Below the pieces are notes generated by a model. That model did not search any database and was not told where the DNA came from. It saw nothing but the letters and a program-made list of their open reading frames with translations. This document shows, piece by piece, positions 9,658 to 19,446 of a stretch of 64,000 nt of DNA; the stretch's first letter is position 1; every line of letters starts with the position of its first letter. The stretch comes from Candidatus Heimdallarchaeota archaeon. Lineage in GTDB: Archaea > Asgardarchaeota > Heimdallarchaeia > Hodarchaeales > Hodarchaeaceae. Both the position numbers and the translations under genes were made by a program. The stretch spans positions 32,001 through 96,000 of the forward strand of contig JBHLSH010000001.1 in NCBI GenBank assembly GCA_048881705.1, in the 5' to 3' direction.

Positions 9658-9917
9658 CATGATTAAGAATACTGCCATCTAGTTATTGATCTGCTGTCGG
9701 AATTGAAAATAATATAATATCTCGCTTCAACATTGCAATTCTTCTTTTCTAGAAGGACTGGAGAATTTTGTAGTTGGATTCCATCGCACAATAGTAGGAT
9801 TTTCGGGGATGATGGTCTGATCAATCCCTCCGTACATGAAATTCCAAGATTTCATCACCAGTTTTTTGAAGTACCCAGCAATGTTCATTTCTACTAGGAC
9901 AGATTCGGTACACGATA

Positions 9918-12701
9918 ATGATTATTAAAGTATCCGTAAACACGATAACTATGGAAAAAAAGCTTGCTAAGGCCTATGTTCCCGCTGAATTTGAAGATGA
10001 GATTTATAGGTTCTGGGAATCGAATGATTATTTTCGACCTGAAACACAAATTGAACTAGGTCTCATAGATCGTGAAACGAGCCCAAGATTTTGTATCACA
10101 ATTCCGCTCCCGAACGTAACGGGTATCTTGCATCTAGGACACGCCTTGACCATTTCCATTGAGGATCTGATGACCCGGTATTCCCGAATGCAACAAAAAG
10201 AAACGCTGTTCATGCCAGGAACCGACCATGCAGGAATTGCGACACAGAACGTTGTAGAACGAGAACTCTTGAAACAAGGGATTAGGAGAAAAAAACTAGG
10301 GAGAGAAAAGTTCGTAGAAAAGGTATGGCAATGGAAGGAAATTTATCATGCTCGAATCACCGAGCAATCAAAAAAGATGGGGATGAGTAGTGACTGGATT
10401 CGTGAACGTTTCACATTGGATGAAATCTGCACAAAAGCAGTACGTGAAGCCTTTTATCGTTTGTATCATAAAGGATTTATCTATCGTGGCGAATACATGG
10501 TCAATTGGTGCCCACGTTGTGAATCGGCCATTTCGGATCTAGAAACAGAACCGAAGGACACTTCGAGCCACCTATGGTATATAAAATATCCAGTAAGGAC
10601 TCCGACGTGGAACGGTCCCAAATCAGAATGGGGTAGTGGAAATTGGGCAAAAGGAGCAGAAGAATTCATTATCGTGGCAACCACGCGGCCTGAAACTTTG
10701 TTGGGAGACACAGGGGTTGCTACAACCCCTGACCATAACGAATTCTCCAGATTTATAGGCCAAAATGCCATTCTCCCAGTCCTGGGCCGTGAGATCCCTA
10801 TTTTTGCAGATGAATACGTCGATCCCGAAGTTGGAACGGGAGCTCTGAAGGTCACGCCAGGACATGACCCTAATGACTTTGAAATCGGGGTAAGACACGA
10901 GCTAGATGTTGTAACAGTTCTAGATGAAAAAGCGCGTTTACTTCCACATGTTTCAGGGCCGTACGCAGGAATGAAACGGGAGGAAGGTCGAAAAGCTATT
11001 GTGACAGATCTAGAACAGGAGGGACTGCTAGTTAAGATCGAGCCATATGTTCACACCGAACCCCATTGTCAAAGATGTGCTACCGTCATCGAACCACGTG
11101 TATCAATTCAATGGTTCGTAAAAACAAAGCCTTTGGCAGAGGCGGCTATGGAGAAAGTCCGTAAGGGGGAAACAGTAATTATCCCTAAGAGGGAGGAAAA
11201 ACGATTTTTTCAATGGATGGAAAACATTAGAGACTGGTGTATTTCTCGTCAGCTCTGGTGGGGTCATCGGATTCCCATATGGTACTGTGATGATTGTTCG
11301 GAAGAAATCTGCCCGCCCCCGGATGTGGATGAACTTGCTGAATGTCCTAGGTGTAGTAGAAAGAATTTAGTGAAAGAGGAGGACGTTCTAGATACCTGGT
11401 TCTCAAGTGGTCTGTGGACTTTTTCTACACTCCATTGGCCAGACACCTCACACCCAGATTTTCAGCGATTCTATCCAACTGATACCAGGGAAACTGGCTA
11501 TGATATCCTTTTCTTCTGGGTTGCTCGAGAAATGATGTTGGGCATTGAATTAACAGGAGTAACCCCTTATCATACCGTATACCTGCACGGAATTATCAGA
11601 GATGAACGAGGGCGGAAAATAAGCAAATCTATGGAAGATGTGGAAGAATATGATCCATTACATATAATTAAGGAATATGGAGCGGATTGTTTGCGTTTTG
11701 TTCTGATATCGAACACCATTCCGGGGATTGATATCAATCTTGATCCCAGACAACTTGAGGCGGCTCACCGATTTGCCAATAAGGTCTGGCAATCCGCGAA
11801 ATATGTCCTTGGCCATATCCAAAAAGGAGACACATTCCCAACTCTGGATGAAATCGCTCCAACTCTGAGATTCGCTGATAATTGGATATTATCCCGATTA
11901 CATCAGACCATCAGATCAGTAACTGCATCCATGGAAGAAATGGATTACCTAAAAGCCGCTCGTGACATAAAAAGCTTTTATTGGAGCGAATTTTGCGACT
12001 GGTATCTTGAGATCAGCAAGATTCGTCTCCATGGAATCAATGAGGAGGCCAAGGCTGCTCCCAAGGTTATTTTACTTCATATCCTGGACAATACTCTTCG
12101 TTTACTCCATCCTATCATGCCATTCGTGACTGAAAAACTGTGGCAGCGGCTTCCAAGCTCAATACGAGTCCAACCTGCCTTGATCGTGGCCGAATGGCCA
12201 GATTCCCGTGATGATCTCGTTGACATTGATCTAGAAGAGGAATTTCTCCTTACCATGGAGCTGATTCGTGAAATCAGAAGAATTCGTGTGGACTATAATG
12301 TGAATCTCAGGGCCAAGATTCCTTTTCTTATAAGTCCAGGAGAATATGCGCCAACCTTTGAAGCAACCCGAGAAGAAATTGTGGCACTTGCAAAACTAGA
12401 TCCTAAAAAATTAGTCATATCATCAATTTCAGATTCCCCCAAGCGGGCAGCACGCGTAGTTCTTCCGGAAATTACTGCTTATGTCCCGCTTGAAGAAATT
12501 ATAGATTTGGAAAAGGAGAAGCAGCGAATCCAAACAAATTTGACCAAAATCACGAAGGATATTTCTGCTACTGTGTATAAGTTGAATGGTCCTTTCGGAG
12601 AACGGGCGCCTCCTGAAATTGTTGAACGGGAAAAAGGAATATTATCAGAACTGGAGACCAAAAAGTCTCTACTAGAGGATCAATTAAGAATTTTAAGTTG
12701 A
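9918..12701 (+). CDS. valS: Valyl-tRNA synthetase, bacterial/eukaryote type (start may be ATG 9951)
   Basis: HLGH, PGTDHAGIATQ, VATTRPET, WCISRQLWWGHRIP, DVLDTWFSS, KISKS, C-terminal coiled-coil arm. Confidence 0.97.
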   Translation: MIIKVSVNTITMEKKLAKAYVPAEFEDEIYRFWESNDYFRPETQIELGLIDRETSPRFCITIPLPNVTGILHLGHALTISIEDLMTRYSRMQQKETLFMPGTDHAGIATQNVVERELLKQGIRRKKLGREKFVEKVWQWKEIYHARITEQSKKMGMSSDWIRERFTLDEICTKAVREAFYRLYHKGFIYRGEYMVNWCPRCESAISDLETEPKDTSSHLWYIKYPVRTPTWNGPKSEWGSGNWAKGAEEFIIVATTRPETLLGDTGVATTPDHNEFSRFIGQNAILPVLGREIPIFADEYVDPEVGTGALKVTPGHDPNDFEIGVRHELDVVTVLDEKARLLPHVSGPYAGMKREEGRKAIVTDLEQEGLLVKIEPYVHTEPHCQRCATVIEPRVSIQWFVKTKPLAEAAMEKVRKGETVIIPKREEKRFFQWMENIRDWCISRQLWWGHRIPIWYCDDCSEEICPPPDVDELAECPRCSRKNLVKEEDVLDTWFSSGLWTFSTLHWPDTSHPDFQRFYPTDTRETGYDILFFWVAREMMLGIELTGVTPYHTVYLHGIIRDERGRKISKSMEDVEEYDPLHIIKEYGADCLRFVLISNTIPGIDINLDPRQLEAAHRFANKVWQSAKYVLGHIQKGDTFPTLDEIAPTLRFADNWILSRLHQTIRSVTASMEEMDYLKAARDIKSFYWSEFCDWYLEISKIRLHGINEEAKAAPKVILLHILDNTLRLLHPIMPFVTEKLWQRLPSSIRVQPALIVAEWPDSRDDLVDIDLEEEFLLTMELIREIRRIRVDYNVNLRAKIPFLISPGEYAPTFEATREEIVALAKLDPKKLVISSISDSPKRAARVVLPEITAYVPLEEIIDLEKEKQRIQTNLTKITKDISATVYKLNGPFGERAPPEIVEREKGILSELETKKSLLEDQLRILS

Positions 12702-12968
12702 ATTATCCGTTATTGTTCGATACTCTGTTGTTATGTACAATGTTCAGACAACTTAGGTTCCAAGGGGGTTGAAGAGTTTTGCCCACAAAGTTTAGAGAGA
12801 AACTGATCTTATATCAAATCAAAATCTCAGCCCTCTATCTAATTGCGAGCAGAGAGAACCTCCGAGCAATATAGAAAAAAGATTAAGGTTAGAGTAACAT
12901 TCATCCCTAATATTGCCCGATTTCATGACTTGAATCGAGAACTGAAGTTAGTAATAGGATAAATAAAG

Positions 12969-14489
12969 TCAAAATGGGAATAGAAATGAGAAAAGGGGCA
13001 AAATCACCCCAGTCAACGCGCTTAGTCGCCCGCCATATGCCCGTATGTAGAATCCAAGATCTCGTACTAGATCAATTTTGATTGTTTCACCAAAAATGGC
13101 TCCTCGGTCTTTTTCGGATACGGATAGATGAAAGATATGAGACCTAAATGCACTTCGAGACGTAGTAAACCAAACCGCGTCACCAATCTGCAAAATACGG
13201 CCTAAAACTCCCACGATATCATTCCCCTCTGAACTTATGAAAGGAAGCTGAGCCTCCGCCATACCCATAGGTTCTGCTTCATCTAGCGAAAAGGCGTACT
13301 CAATACTCTCCATAAACGAATTCTGGGCACCTTGTAAGTGAAAAGTAACCGTCCTTTTCTTTTGGCTAAATTCTGTCGTGTTTCGATTCAATGCAAAAGC
13401 TAAAATTCGAAAAGGATGCCGATTTCCGCTTACCTTTTCAGGGGCAGAAATTGATACCCAAATATCGTCATTTCCTATAAAATTAGCAAGATTATCTGTA
13501 AGTTCTATTATCAAACGATCAATTGTGGCGAATACCTCTGGGATTCGTTCACGGAGACGATCAAAGATCTCCTCAAGTACTGAAAAATTGATTCCTGAGA
13601 ATTGCCCCTCCTGAAGACTTCTCAAATGCTCCGCCTGAATGATTTCTGTAAGTTCATCCTCGAAAGCCTTTGTTGGCAGCTGGAGAGGCATTCTCCTTCG
13701 TAAATAGAACAGTAGAAGGATTTTCTCACGCGCACGTTCCATTCTAGTTCGTGGAGGGAGCGAAGGTTCGAAATCCTGGCGTAATGCCATCACGATTGAA
13801 TCCGTCCATTCATCAAAGCGCATCTTCGTAATTGGGTCAAGAAACGCCAGAATACTATCCGAAAGAAGATTATCGAGAGTGATTGGAGTTACACGAGGTT
13901 GAAAAACTCTCAAAAACGCTCCTACTTCAAAAGCAGGCTTTTCGGGGATTTCAAGAATCAATAGAATTCCTAGCGCAATTAATACCAACCCTAACGCGGA
14001 AAACAGAATAACGGGTCTTAGGAGAGCCTTAAGATTGTCAACAAGATTTGGTGGAAGAGAATCGGCTAATCCGGGAAATAAAACCAATAATTGCTCCAGC
14101 GTGGGGATGACTGAAATTGCAACAAGGTACAAAGCCAACGAAAGAAAAACAACAATCGTGATCAGAGTCGTTGAAGTACGAGTTGAAGAAACGTAACCTG
14201 AAACAGAAGAAAAACCTTCTAAACTCTCAACAGGAAATCCCTCGTTGGTTTTTCGTTCTGTTTCGTTAGAAAACGTCTTATGATTTAAAAATCCCAGAAG
14301 ACTAAAAGCAAATGCGTTTAAAAGTAGTGCAACCCAGAAAATGCCCGCTAGCGCGAGTTCTGCCCTTCCAGGTTCAAAATTACCAGTAAGCATGAAAAAT
14401 AGAATGATTATTGGAAGGATAAACATCAACCAGGTGCCATATTTCCGACAATAGCCATTCAGAAAGCCAGTGAATGAAATTCTTGTCAC
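12969..14489 (-). CDS. Hypothetical membrane protein (N-terminal TM bundle, large soluble domain, C-terminal hydrophobic helix)
   Basis: 506-aa ORF with about 4 N-terminal hydrophobic segments; no recognised motif. Confidence 0.8.
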   Translation of the reverse strand: MTRISFTGFLNGYCRKYGTWLMFILPIIILFFMLTGNFEPGRAELALAGIFWVALLLNAFAFSLLGFLNHKTFSNETERKTNEGFPVESLEGFSSVSGYVSSTRTSTTLITIVVFLSLALYLVAISVIPTLEQLLVLFPGLADSLPPNLVDNLKALLRPVILFSALGLVLIALGILLILEIPEKPAFEVGAFLRVFQPRVTPITLDNLLSDSILAFLDPITKMRFDEWTDSIVMALRQDFEPSLPPRTRMERAREKILLLFYLRRRMPLQLPTKAFEDELTEIIQAEHLRSLQEGQFSGINFSVLEEIFDRLRERIPEVFATIDRLIIELTDNLANFIGNDDIWVSISAPEKVSGNRHPFRILAFALNRNTTEFSQKKRTVTFHLQGAQNSFMESIEYAFSLDEAEPMGMAEAQLPFISSEGNDIVGVLGRILQIGDAVWFTTSRSAFRSHIFHLSVSEKDRGAIFGETIKIDLVRDLGFYIRAYGGRLSALTGVILPLFSFLFPF

Positions 14490-14596
14490 CTCAAGTTATA
14501 TTTTCAAATGAATGGATTAATGGGAATCGATTATTTTCGAAGGTTCATAAATGGAAACAGATTTCTGAAGTTAAAGATCCAAATAGAAATCCGGAA

Positions 14597-17296
14597 TCAA
14601 GTTGTTAATTCTTTCGCTACTTCTGTTAAATCCATTTGAATACTATGCTTAATTGCCGGAAGTTGGGACACTAATACAATCAGCAGAAGCCCGCCCCATA
14701 ACAGGATCCATGTGGTTTGATGAATAAGAATCTGGAAGTAAAACACCCGAATTACATTGTCCAGTAGCCAGCTTGCCATCCATAAACCAATAGGGATTCC
14801 GAAAATTATCCCAACGATGGCCTGTACAATGTTTTCCAATGTCATCATCATTAAGAATTCACCATCAGATAGGCCCAGTGAAAACATGGTAGCGATTTCC
14901 CGTTTCCTTTCCTGAAAATTGATAAAGATAGTGGTAAAAACGGAAGTTCCTGCAATCAAGCATGCAAGGATAAGAAAAACCCCTACTACTGCATTGAATA
15001 CTCCCATAACAATGTTGAGAGACGAGCGATAATCGTAGAAAAATTCGATTGACCTGACATTATCAAGTTTTTCTAGAATTTCATCTCTTAAAAATTCCAG
15101 CTGAGCTACATTATCCGGATCTTCAACTTTTATGATCAGTTGTGAGTAGGGAGTTAAATCGATATTAAGCTCTGAGGTTCGGAAGATATCAAGCCCCATT
15201 AGAGATGTCAGGATCCCAATGTGAGTGTAAATGAATCCTCCCCAGATTTCTTCCGAAACCCCCGATACCGAAGCATTGGCTGGAGCCACAGGTATTTTTT
15301 TAGCATCGGAAAACGATAGTCGTTCTTTACTCCTAGATAAAACCTTTTCAAGGAATTTCAACGCCTCAATTCTTGCCAAATCGTGGTAGGTCTCATTTTT
15401 TTCCAAATCAGGTTTCACGTAGAAAAATGCATTAGAATAGACCTCAGATGCAGCATAAAACGCTAGGTCAATACTGGGAATTTGAGGATAATCAAAAGAA
15501 ATGTTACTTCCAAGACCAATTGAAAATCGAGTCGCTAAGGCTGAACAAATAACCAAACTATCATTAAGCATCTCATCTCGCATGCTAGACCATTGAAAAT
15601 TGTGAACCTCAGGCTGGGTAGTGTTGAATGCTGTTATCAGTACCTCCTGTTCGACATCACCGAAGTGAATTAGAGATGGAATTTGTAAAACGGGATTCAC
15701 TGCCAAAATAGATTGATCTAGGTCAGTGATGGCAGCAATGTCTTCCTTTACACCAAGATCGGCATAACCGATCCCATCATATTTTACGATAATATCGTAT
15801 TGACTAGTTTGGTAGAATTGCCTATTAACACCCATCCCAATAGAGTCGATGAATGCCAAAGCTACAACCAAGATCATGACACTGGCGGTTAAGCCAACGA
15901 TCGTGGCGGCTGTACGTAACCTTCGACGTGTGAGGTTGCGTAGTGGGATTGTTAATTTCAAACCTAAGGGATTTATCACCAATAAACGTTCCAGTATAGA
16001 TCTCTTGCCTGATTCTACGTTTAAATTAGTCTGTAACGCTTCCTGGGGCACCATACGACTAGCCCCGTAAGCAGGCAAGATACCACTAACCACACTTACT
16101 CCAATCCCTGTTCCTATGCCTATTAGAATGACGGAAAACTCAGGGACAATTACAATCAGGAGACCAAATCCCATATAATATGAATAAATCCAAGTTACCA
16201 CCCCAGAAATGAGAATTCCAGCTATAACACCAGAAAAACTTCCAACAACGCCAATAAAAAGAACCAACAGGCCATAATGGATCAAAATATCGTTGGGTAG
16301 GTAACCCAGTGAGGCTGCAATTCCAATGCTCCGCTTCTGGCTTTGGACAATTCGACCAAGGGTGAGATAGATGGAAACTCCCGCTACACCGAGAATCACG
16401 GTCGGAAGAATGAGAGCAATTTCCCGAATTTCCGCTAGATCAAGTTGTAGTGCCCAGTTCGAAATTTGCCATTCTTGAAAGATCGGGGGAGTAAACGAAT
16501 TGCTGGTAAATTGGTTCAAGGTAGATGTCAGTGCATTAATAATTCGGTTACGATCATTGAGAGATGTTCCATCTCGAAGTTTGACAATTATATTATTTGC
16601 AAGGCCTGTAAGGTTACTATAGCCTTGAAGATGTTCTAAAGGAAGAAATCCTACTCCAAAACGATGTGTAGGTAGAAAATCGTATCGAGAAGGAATTAAA
16701 AGAAGATATTCAGGACTATAGACAATGCCCCTGATTGTAAAGTTGTAATTCTTTCCAGAGATCAGAGTAACTTGAGACTCCCCCACTTCAAGATCAAAAT
16801 GGTGCGCGTAATGGGCTTCAATGAGAACAGAGGTGTTTTCAGTGGTTTTATCGAAAAAACTACCAGCTTCGAAGAAGAGATCATTCACCCGAGAATCTGT
16901 GTCCCAATCTATCCCCACTAATCTCCCTTCGTTGTAATAATTTCGATCAATTCCTTCCCTAGAGCTTGAATGGTTAAGATTATGTCCCACTTTGACCAAT
17001 AATCGAAAATCCACCCTCTCTACTTCAGGGGTTTTGCTCCTAAACTCATCAACTTTAGCTTGTACGAGTGATAGATTAAACCATGTACCTTCATATGTAA
17101 ACAATTCAGCATCAGCAAAGCGAGTTCGCGAATAGAATCCTTGGTATGTATGGCTGAGATTGGTATAACCCATTGTTAACGCAATATAGGACCCAATTCC
17201 CAAAAAACAAAGCATTAAGAGGGCAGAAAATAGCAATTTTTGCCGGAAAATGTCCCTAACAGATTTTTTTATCCAAATCCGTGTTAGAGCTTTCAT
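14597..17296 (-). CDS. ABC transporter permease, FtsX/MacB-like (two repeats)
   Basis: Two FtsX-like units (QKRSIGIAASLGY; ERKREIATMFSLG) separated by extracytoplasmic domains; adjacent ATPase gene. Confidence 0.9.
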   Translation of the reverse strand: MKALTRIWIKKSVRDIFRQKLLFSALLMLCFLGIGSYIALTMGYTNLSHTYQGFYSRTRFADAELFTYEGTWFNLSLVQAKVDEFRSKTPEVERVDFRLLVKVGHNLNHSSSREGIDRNYYNEGRLVGIDWDTDSRVNDLFFEAGSFFDKTTENTSVLIEAHYAHHFDLEVGESQVTLISGKNYNFTIRGIVYSPEYLLLIPSRYDFLPTHRFGVGFLPLEHLQGYSNLTGLANNIIVKLRDGTSLNDRNRIINALTSTLNQFTSNSFTPPIFQEWQISNWALQLDLAEIREIALILPTVILGVAGVSIYLTLGRIVQSQKRSIGIAASLGYLPNDILIHYGLLVLFIGVVGSFSGVIAGILISGVVTWIYSYYMGFGLLIVIVPEFSVILIGIGTGIGVSVVSGILPAYGASRMVPQEALQTNLNVESGKRSILERLLVINPLGLKLTIPLRNLTRRRLRTAATIVGLTASVMILVVALAFIDSIGMGVNRQFYQTSQYDIIVKYDGIGYADLGVKEDIAAITDLDQSILAVNPVLQIPSLIHFGDVEQEVLITAFNTTQPEVHNFQWSSMRDEMLNDSLVICSALATRFSIGLGSNISFDYPQIPSIDLAFYAASEVYSNAFFYVKPDLEKNETYHDLARIEALKFLEKVLSRSKERLSFSDAKKIPVAPANASVSGVSEEIWGGFIYTHIGILTSLMGLDIFRTSELNIDLTPYSQLIIKVEDPDNVAQLEFLRDEILEKLDNVRSIEFFYDYRSSLNIVMGVFNAVVGVFLILACLIAGTSVFTTIFINFQERKREIATMFSLGLSDGEFLMMMTLENIVQAIVGIIFGIPIGLWMASWLLDNVIRVFYFQILIHQTTWILLWGGLLLIVLVSQLPAIKHSIQMDLTEVAKELTT

Positions 17297-17303
17297 AATC
17301 TTG

Positions 17304-18038
17304 CTACCAAATTATGTTATCTAGATCCGTAGGTTGTTGCTGAATTATCATGTTATAAGTTCCCGTTTGCATTCCAATAATTGTATCAGCAATTTTTGCG
17401 ATCTGCTGATTGTGTGTAGCAATTAGAAATGTCTTTTGCGTTGTTTCATTAAGACGTTTCATTAACCGCAGAATTTTAACGCCGTTACGATAATCCAAAT
17501 TTCCCGTTGGTTCGTCTGCAACCACTATGGGGGGATTTTTGGCAAGAGCCCTGGCTATGGCTACCCGTTGTTGCTCTCCCCCTGATAACTGACTTGGAAA
17601 ATGAGAAGCTCGGTTACCAAGACCGACCTCTTTCAACCAATGCAAGGCCTGAGTCCGGATAACATTCCTATCAAATGACCGGGATCCCACGTCGCCCTCG
17701 ACACCGACTAGATCTAATGAGAACTCGATATTTTCGAGGGCAGTTAACGTTGGAAGAAGGTTAAAAAATTGAAAGATGAAACCGATAGAATGCCTTCGAA
17801 AGACCGCACGCTGGGTTCGGGTATAAAATGAAATATCATTGCCATTAATAAGAATTTTACCTGATGTGGGGATATCTAGGGCGCTAACTAGATTTAGCAA
17901 GGTTGTTTTACCCGAACCGCTAGGACCAAGAAGTACCACAAATTTACCTCTATCAATATCAAGGGTTAAGTTTTTCAGAGCGTTTACTCTAACTTCTCCC
18001 AATTCATACTCCTTAGATACTTCTCTTAATGAAATCAA
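17304..18038 (-). CDS. ABC transporter ATP-binding subunit (LolD/MacB-like)
   Basis: [32 protein letters not shown]. Confidence 0.95.
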   Translation of the reverse strand: MISLREVSKEYELGEVRVNALKNLTLDIDRGKFVVLLGPSGSGKTTLLNLVSALDIPTSGKILINGNDISFYTRTQRAVFRRHSIGFIFQFFNLLPTLTALENIEFSLDLVGVEGDVGSRSFDRNVIRTQALHWLKEVGLGNRASHFPSQLSGGEQQRVAIARALAKNPPIVVADEPTGNLDYRNGVKILRLMKRLNETTQKTFLIATHNQQIAKIADTIIGMQTGTYNMIIQQQPTDLDNIIW

Positions 18039-18053
18039 AATCGCGGTTCCTCA

Positions 18054-19076
18054 TTAGTCAATTGTAAGAATAACTTTTCCAATATTCTGACGGCTTTCGA
18101 TACGTTTATGCGCTTCATTGATAGACTCTAATGGAAAGACAGTGTCAATCACTGGTCGAAGTGAGTTTTCTTTCACAAGTTCGACCAGCTCGTCAAATAA
18201 AATCTTTATTCTTGGATATTGTTTAAACAACAGCTGCCCCAAGTGGAAGCTCATAACCCCCTGTGAATTTCCAAGCATCTTCAGCACGTTCACTTTGGGC
18301 AGAGTCCTATACGCTGCCCACCATGTCCATGGTTTGTATTTGCTGAAGCGTACGCTGCTTAATCCAACAACAATTATTCGCCCCATAGGTGCAAGGCAAG
18401 CAATGCTTTCTCGGAATATTTTTCCTCCAATGGATTCAATAATGACGTCCACACCATTTGGTTTCCATTGGAAAATTTCCTTTTGAAAGGAATCATAGCC
18501 AATTGCTAAATCAATGTCCATTTGGTTTTTTAGAAAAGTAATCTTTTTTGGAGAACTCGCCGTACCTGCAATCTCAAGATTTAAGGCCTTTCCAAGTTGA
18601 ACTGCCGCAGTTCCAAGTCCTCCAGCTGCCGCGTGGATCAGTAAAGACTCCTTGGGCCTCGCCCGAGCCATCTCCCTCAATGCCACGAAGGATGTGAGAA
18701 AGGATACCGTAAAGGCGGCGTTTTCCTCAAAACTGTAATCATCTATTGCCGGAAATACGTACCTCTGTGAGACCTTTGTCCGTTCAGCCTGACATCCGTA
18801 TTGATAGCCCACTATAACTGGGTCTCCAACCGAAAAATCCGACACATCCGGACCTATTGCTTCAACAATGCCCGCACCCTCCATACCAAGAACAAACTGG
18901 CTTTCCGCTGGAACCCAGCCATATATTCCCCGTCTTGTAAGTATCTCAGCATAATTGACACCAGCGGCCTTTAAGTGGATTAAAACTTCATCCAAGATGG
19001 GAGGATCGGGTTGTGGAATATTTACCGCACTGAGAACATCAGCATTGCCCCGTCGCTTTAGTACAATAGCTTTCAC
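18054..19076 (-). CDS. NADPH:quinone oxidoreductase / VAT-1-like MDR-family protein
   Basis: AAGVNYAE, LGMEGAG, IHAAAGGLGTAAVQL, C-terminal GKVIL; no Zn-binding Cys cluster. Confidence 0.9.
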   Translation of the reverse strand: MKAIVLKRRGNADVLSAVNIPQPDPPILDEVLIHLKAAGVNYAEILTRRGIYGWVPAESQFVLGMEGAGIVEAIGPDVSDFSVGDPVIVGYQYGCQAERTKVSQRYVFPAIDDYSFEENAAFTVSFLTSFVALREMARARPKESLLIHAAAGGLGTAAVQLGKALNLEIAGTASSPKKITFLKNQMDIDLAIGYDSFQKEIFQWKPNGVDVIIESIGGKIFRESIACLAPMGRIIVVGLSSVRFSKYKPWTWWAAYRTLPKVNVLKMLGNSQGVMSFHLGQLLFKQYPRIKILFDELVELVKENSLRPVIDTVFPLESINEAHKRIESRQNIGKVILTID

Positions 19077-19446
19077 ATCTCAAATCGTCCTTAACTGCTG
19101 TGTTACACTTGGTCTTGCCTTAATTGAGATCTAAGAGATTGGGTATCAACTGTATCAGCCGCTTTTCTATATTTAAAACAATTCAAATCCCCTTGAAAAT
19201 GGACTTATAGAGGTGGGGACTCTGTTAAAGCGATCGCAAGAGAAGTAATTCCAAAAATCACTCCCACAAAATGCCTGAATGGGAGAAAAAAACCTCTTCA
19301 AGTTTATCCTTGGTCAAATGCAAGCGGTGTTGATCCATCTATAACATACTAAAAACCTAGTAAAAGCGTGGTATAATTGAAATCTTGCACACTGAGAAAC
19401 ATTTTATATTGGTAGTTCGATACGATAACATTCAGGATGTTTTGAA

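Noticed and set aside
9727-9888. 53-aa minus-strand ORF between the histone gene and valS
   Set aside because: No motif or clear SD, and it overlaps the probable valS promoter region; insufficient support.
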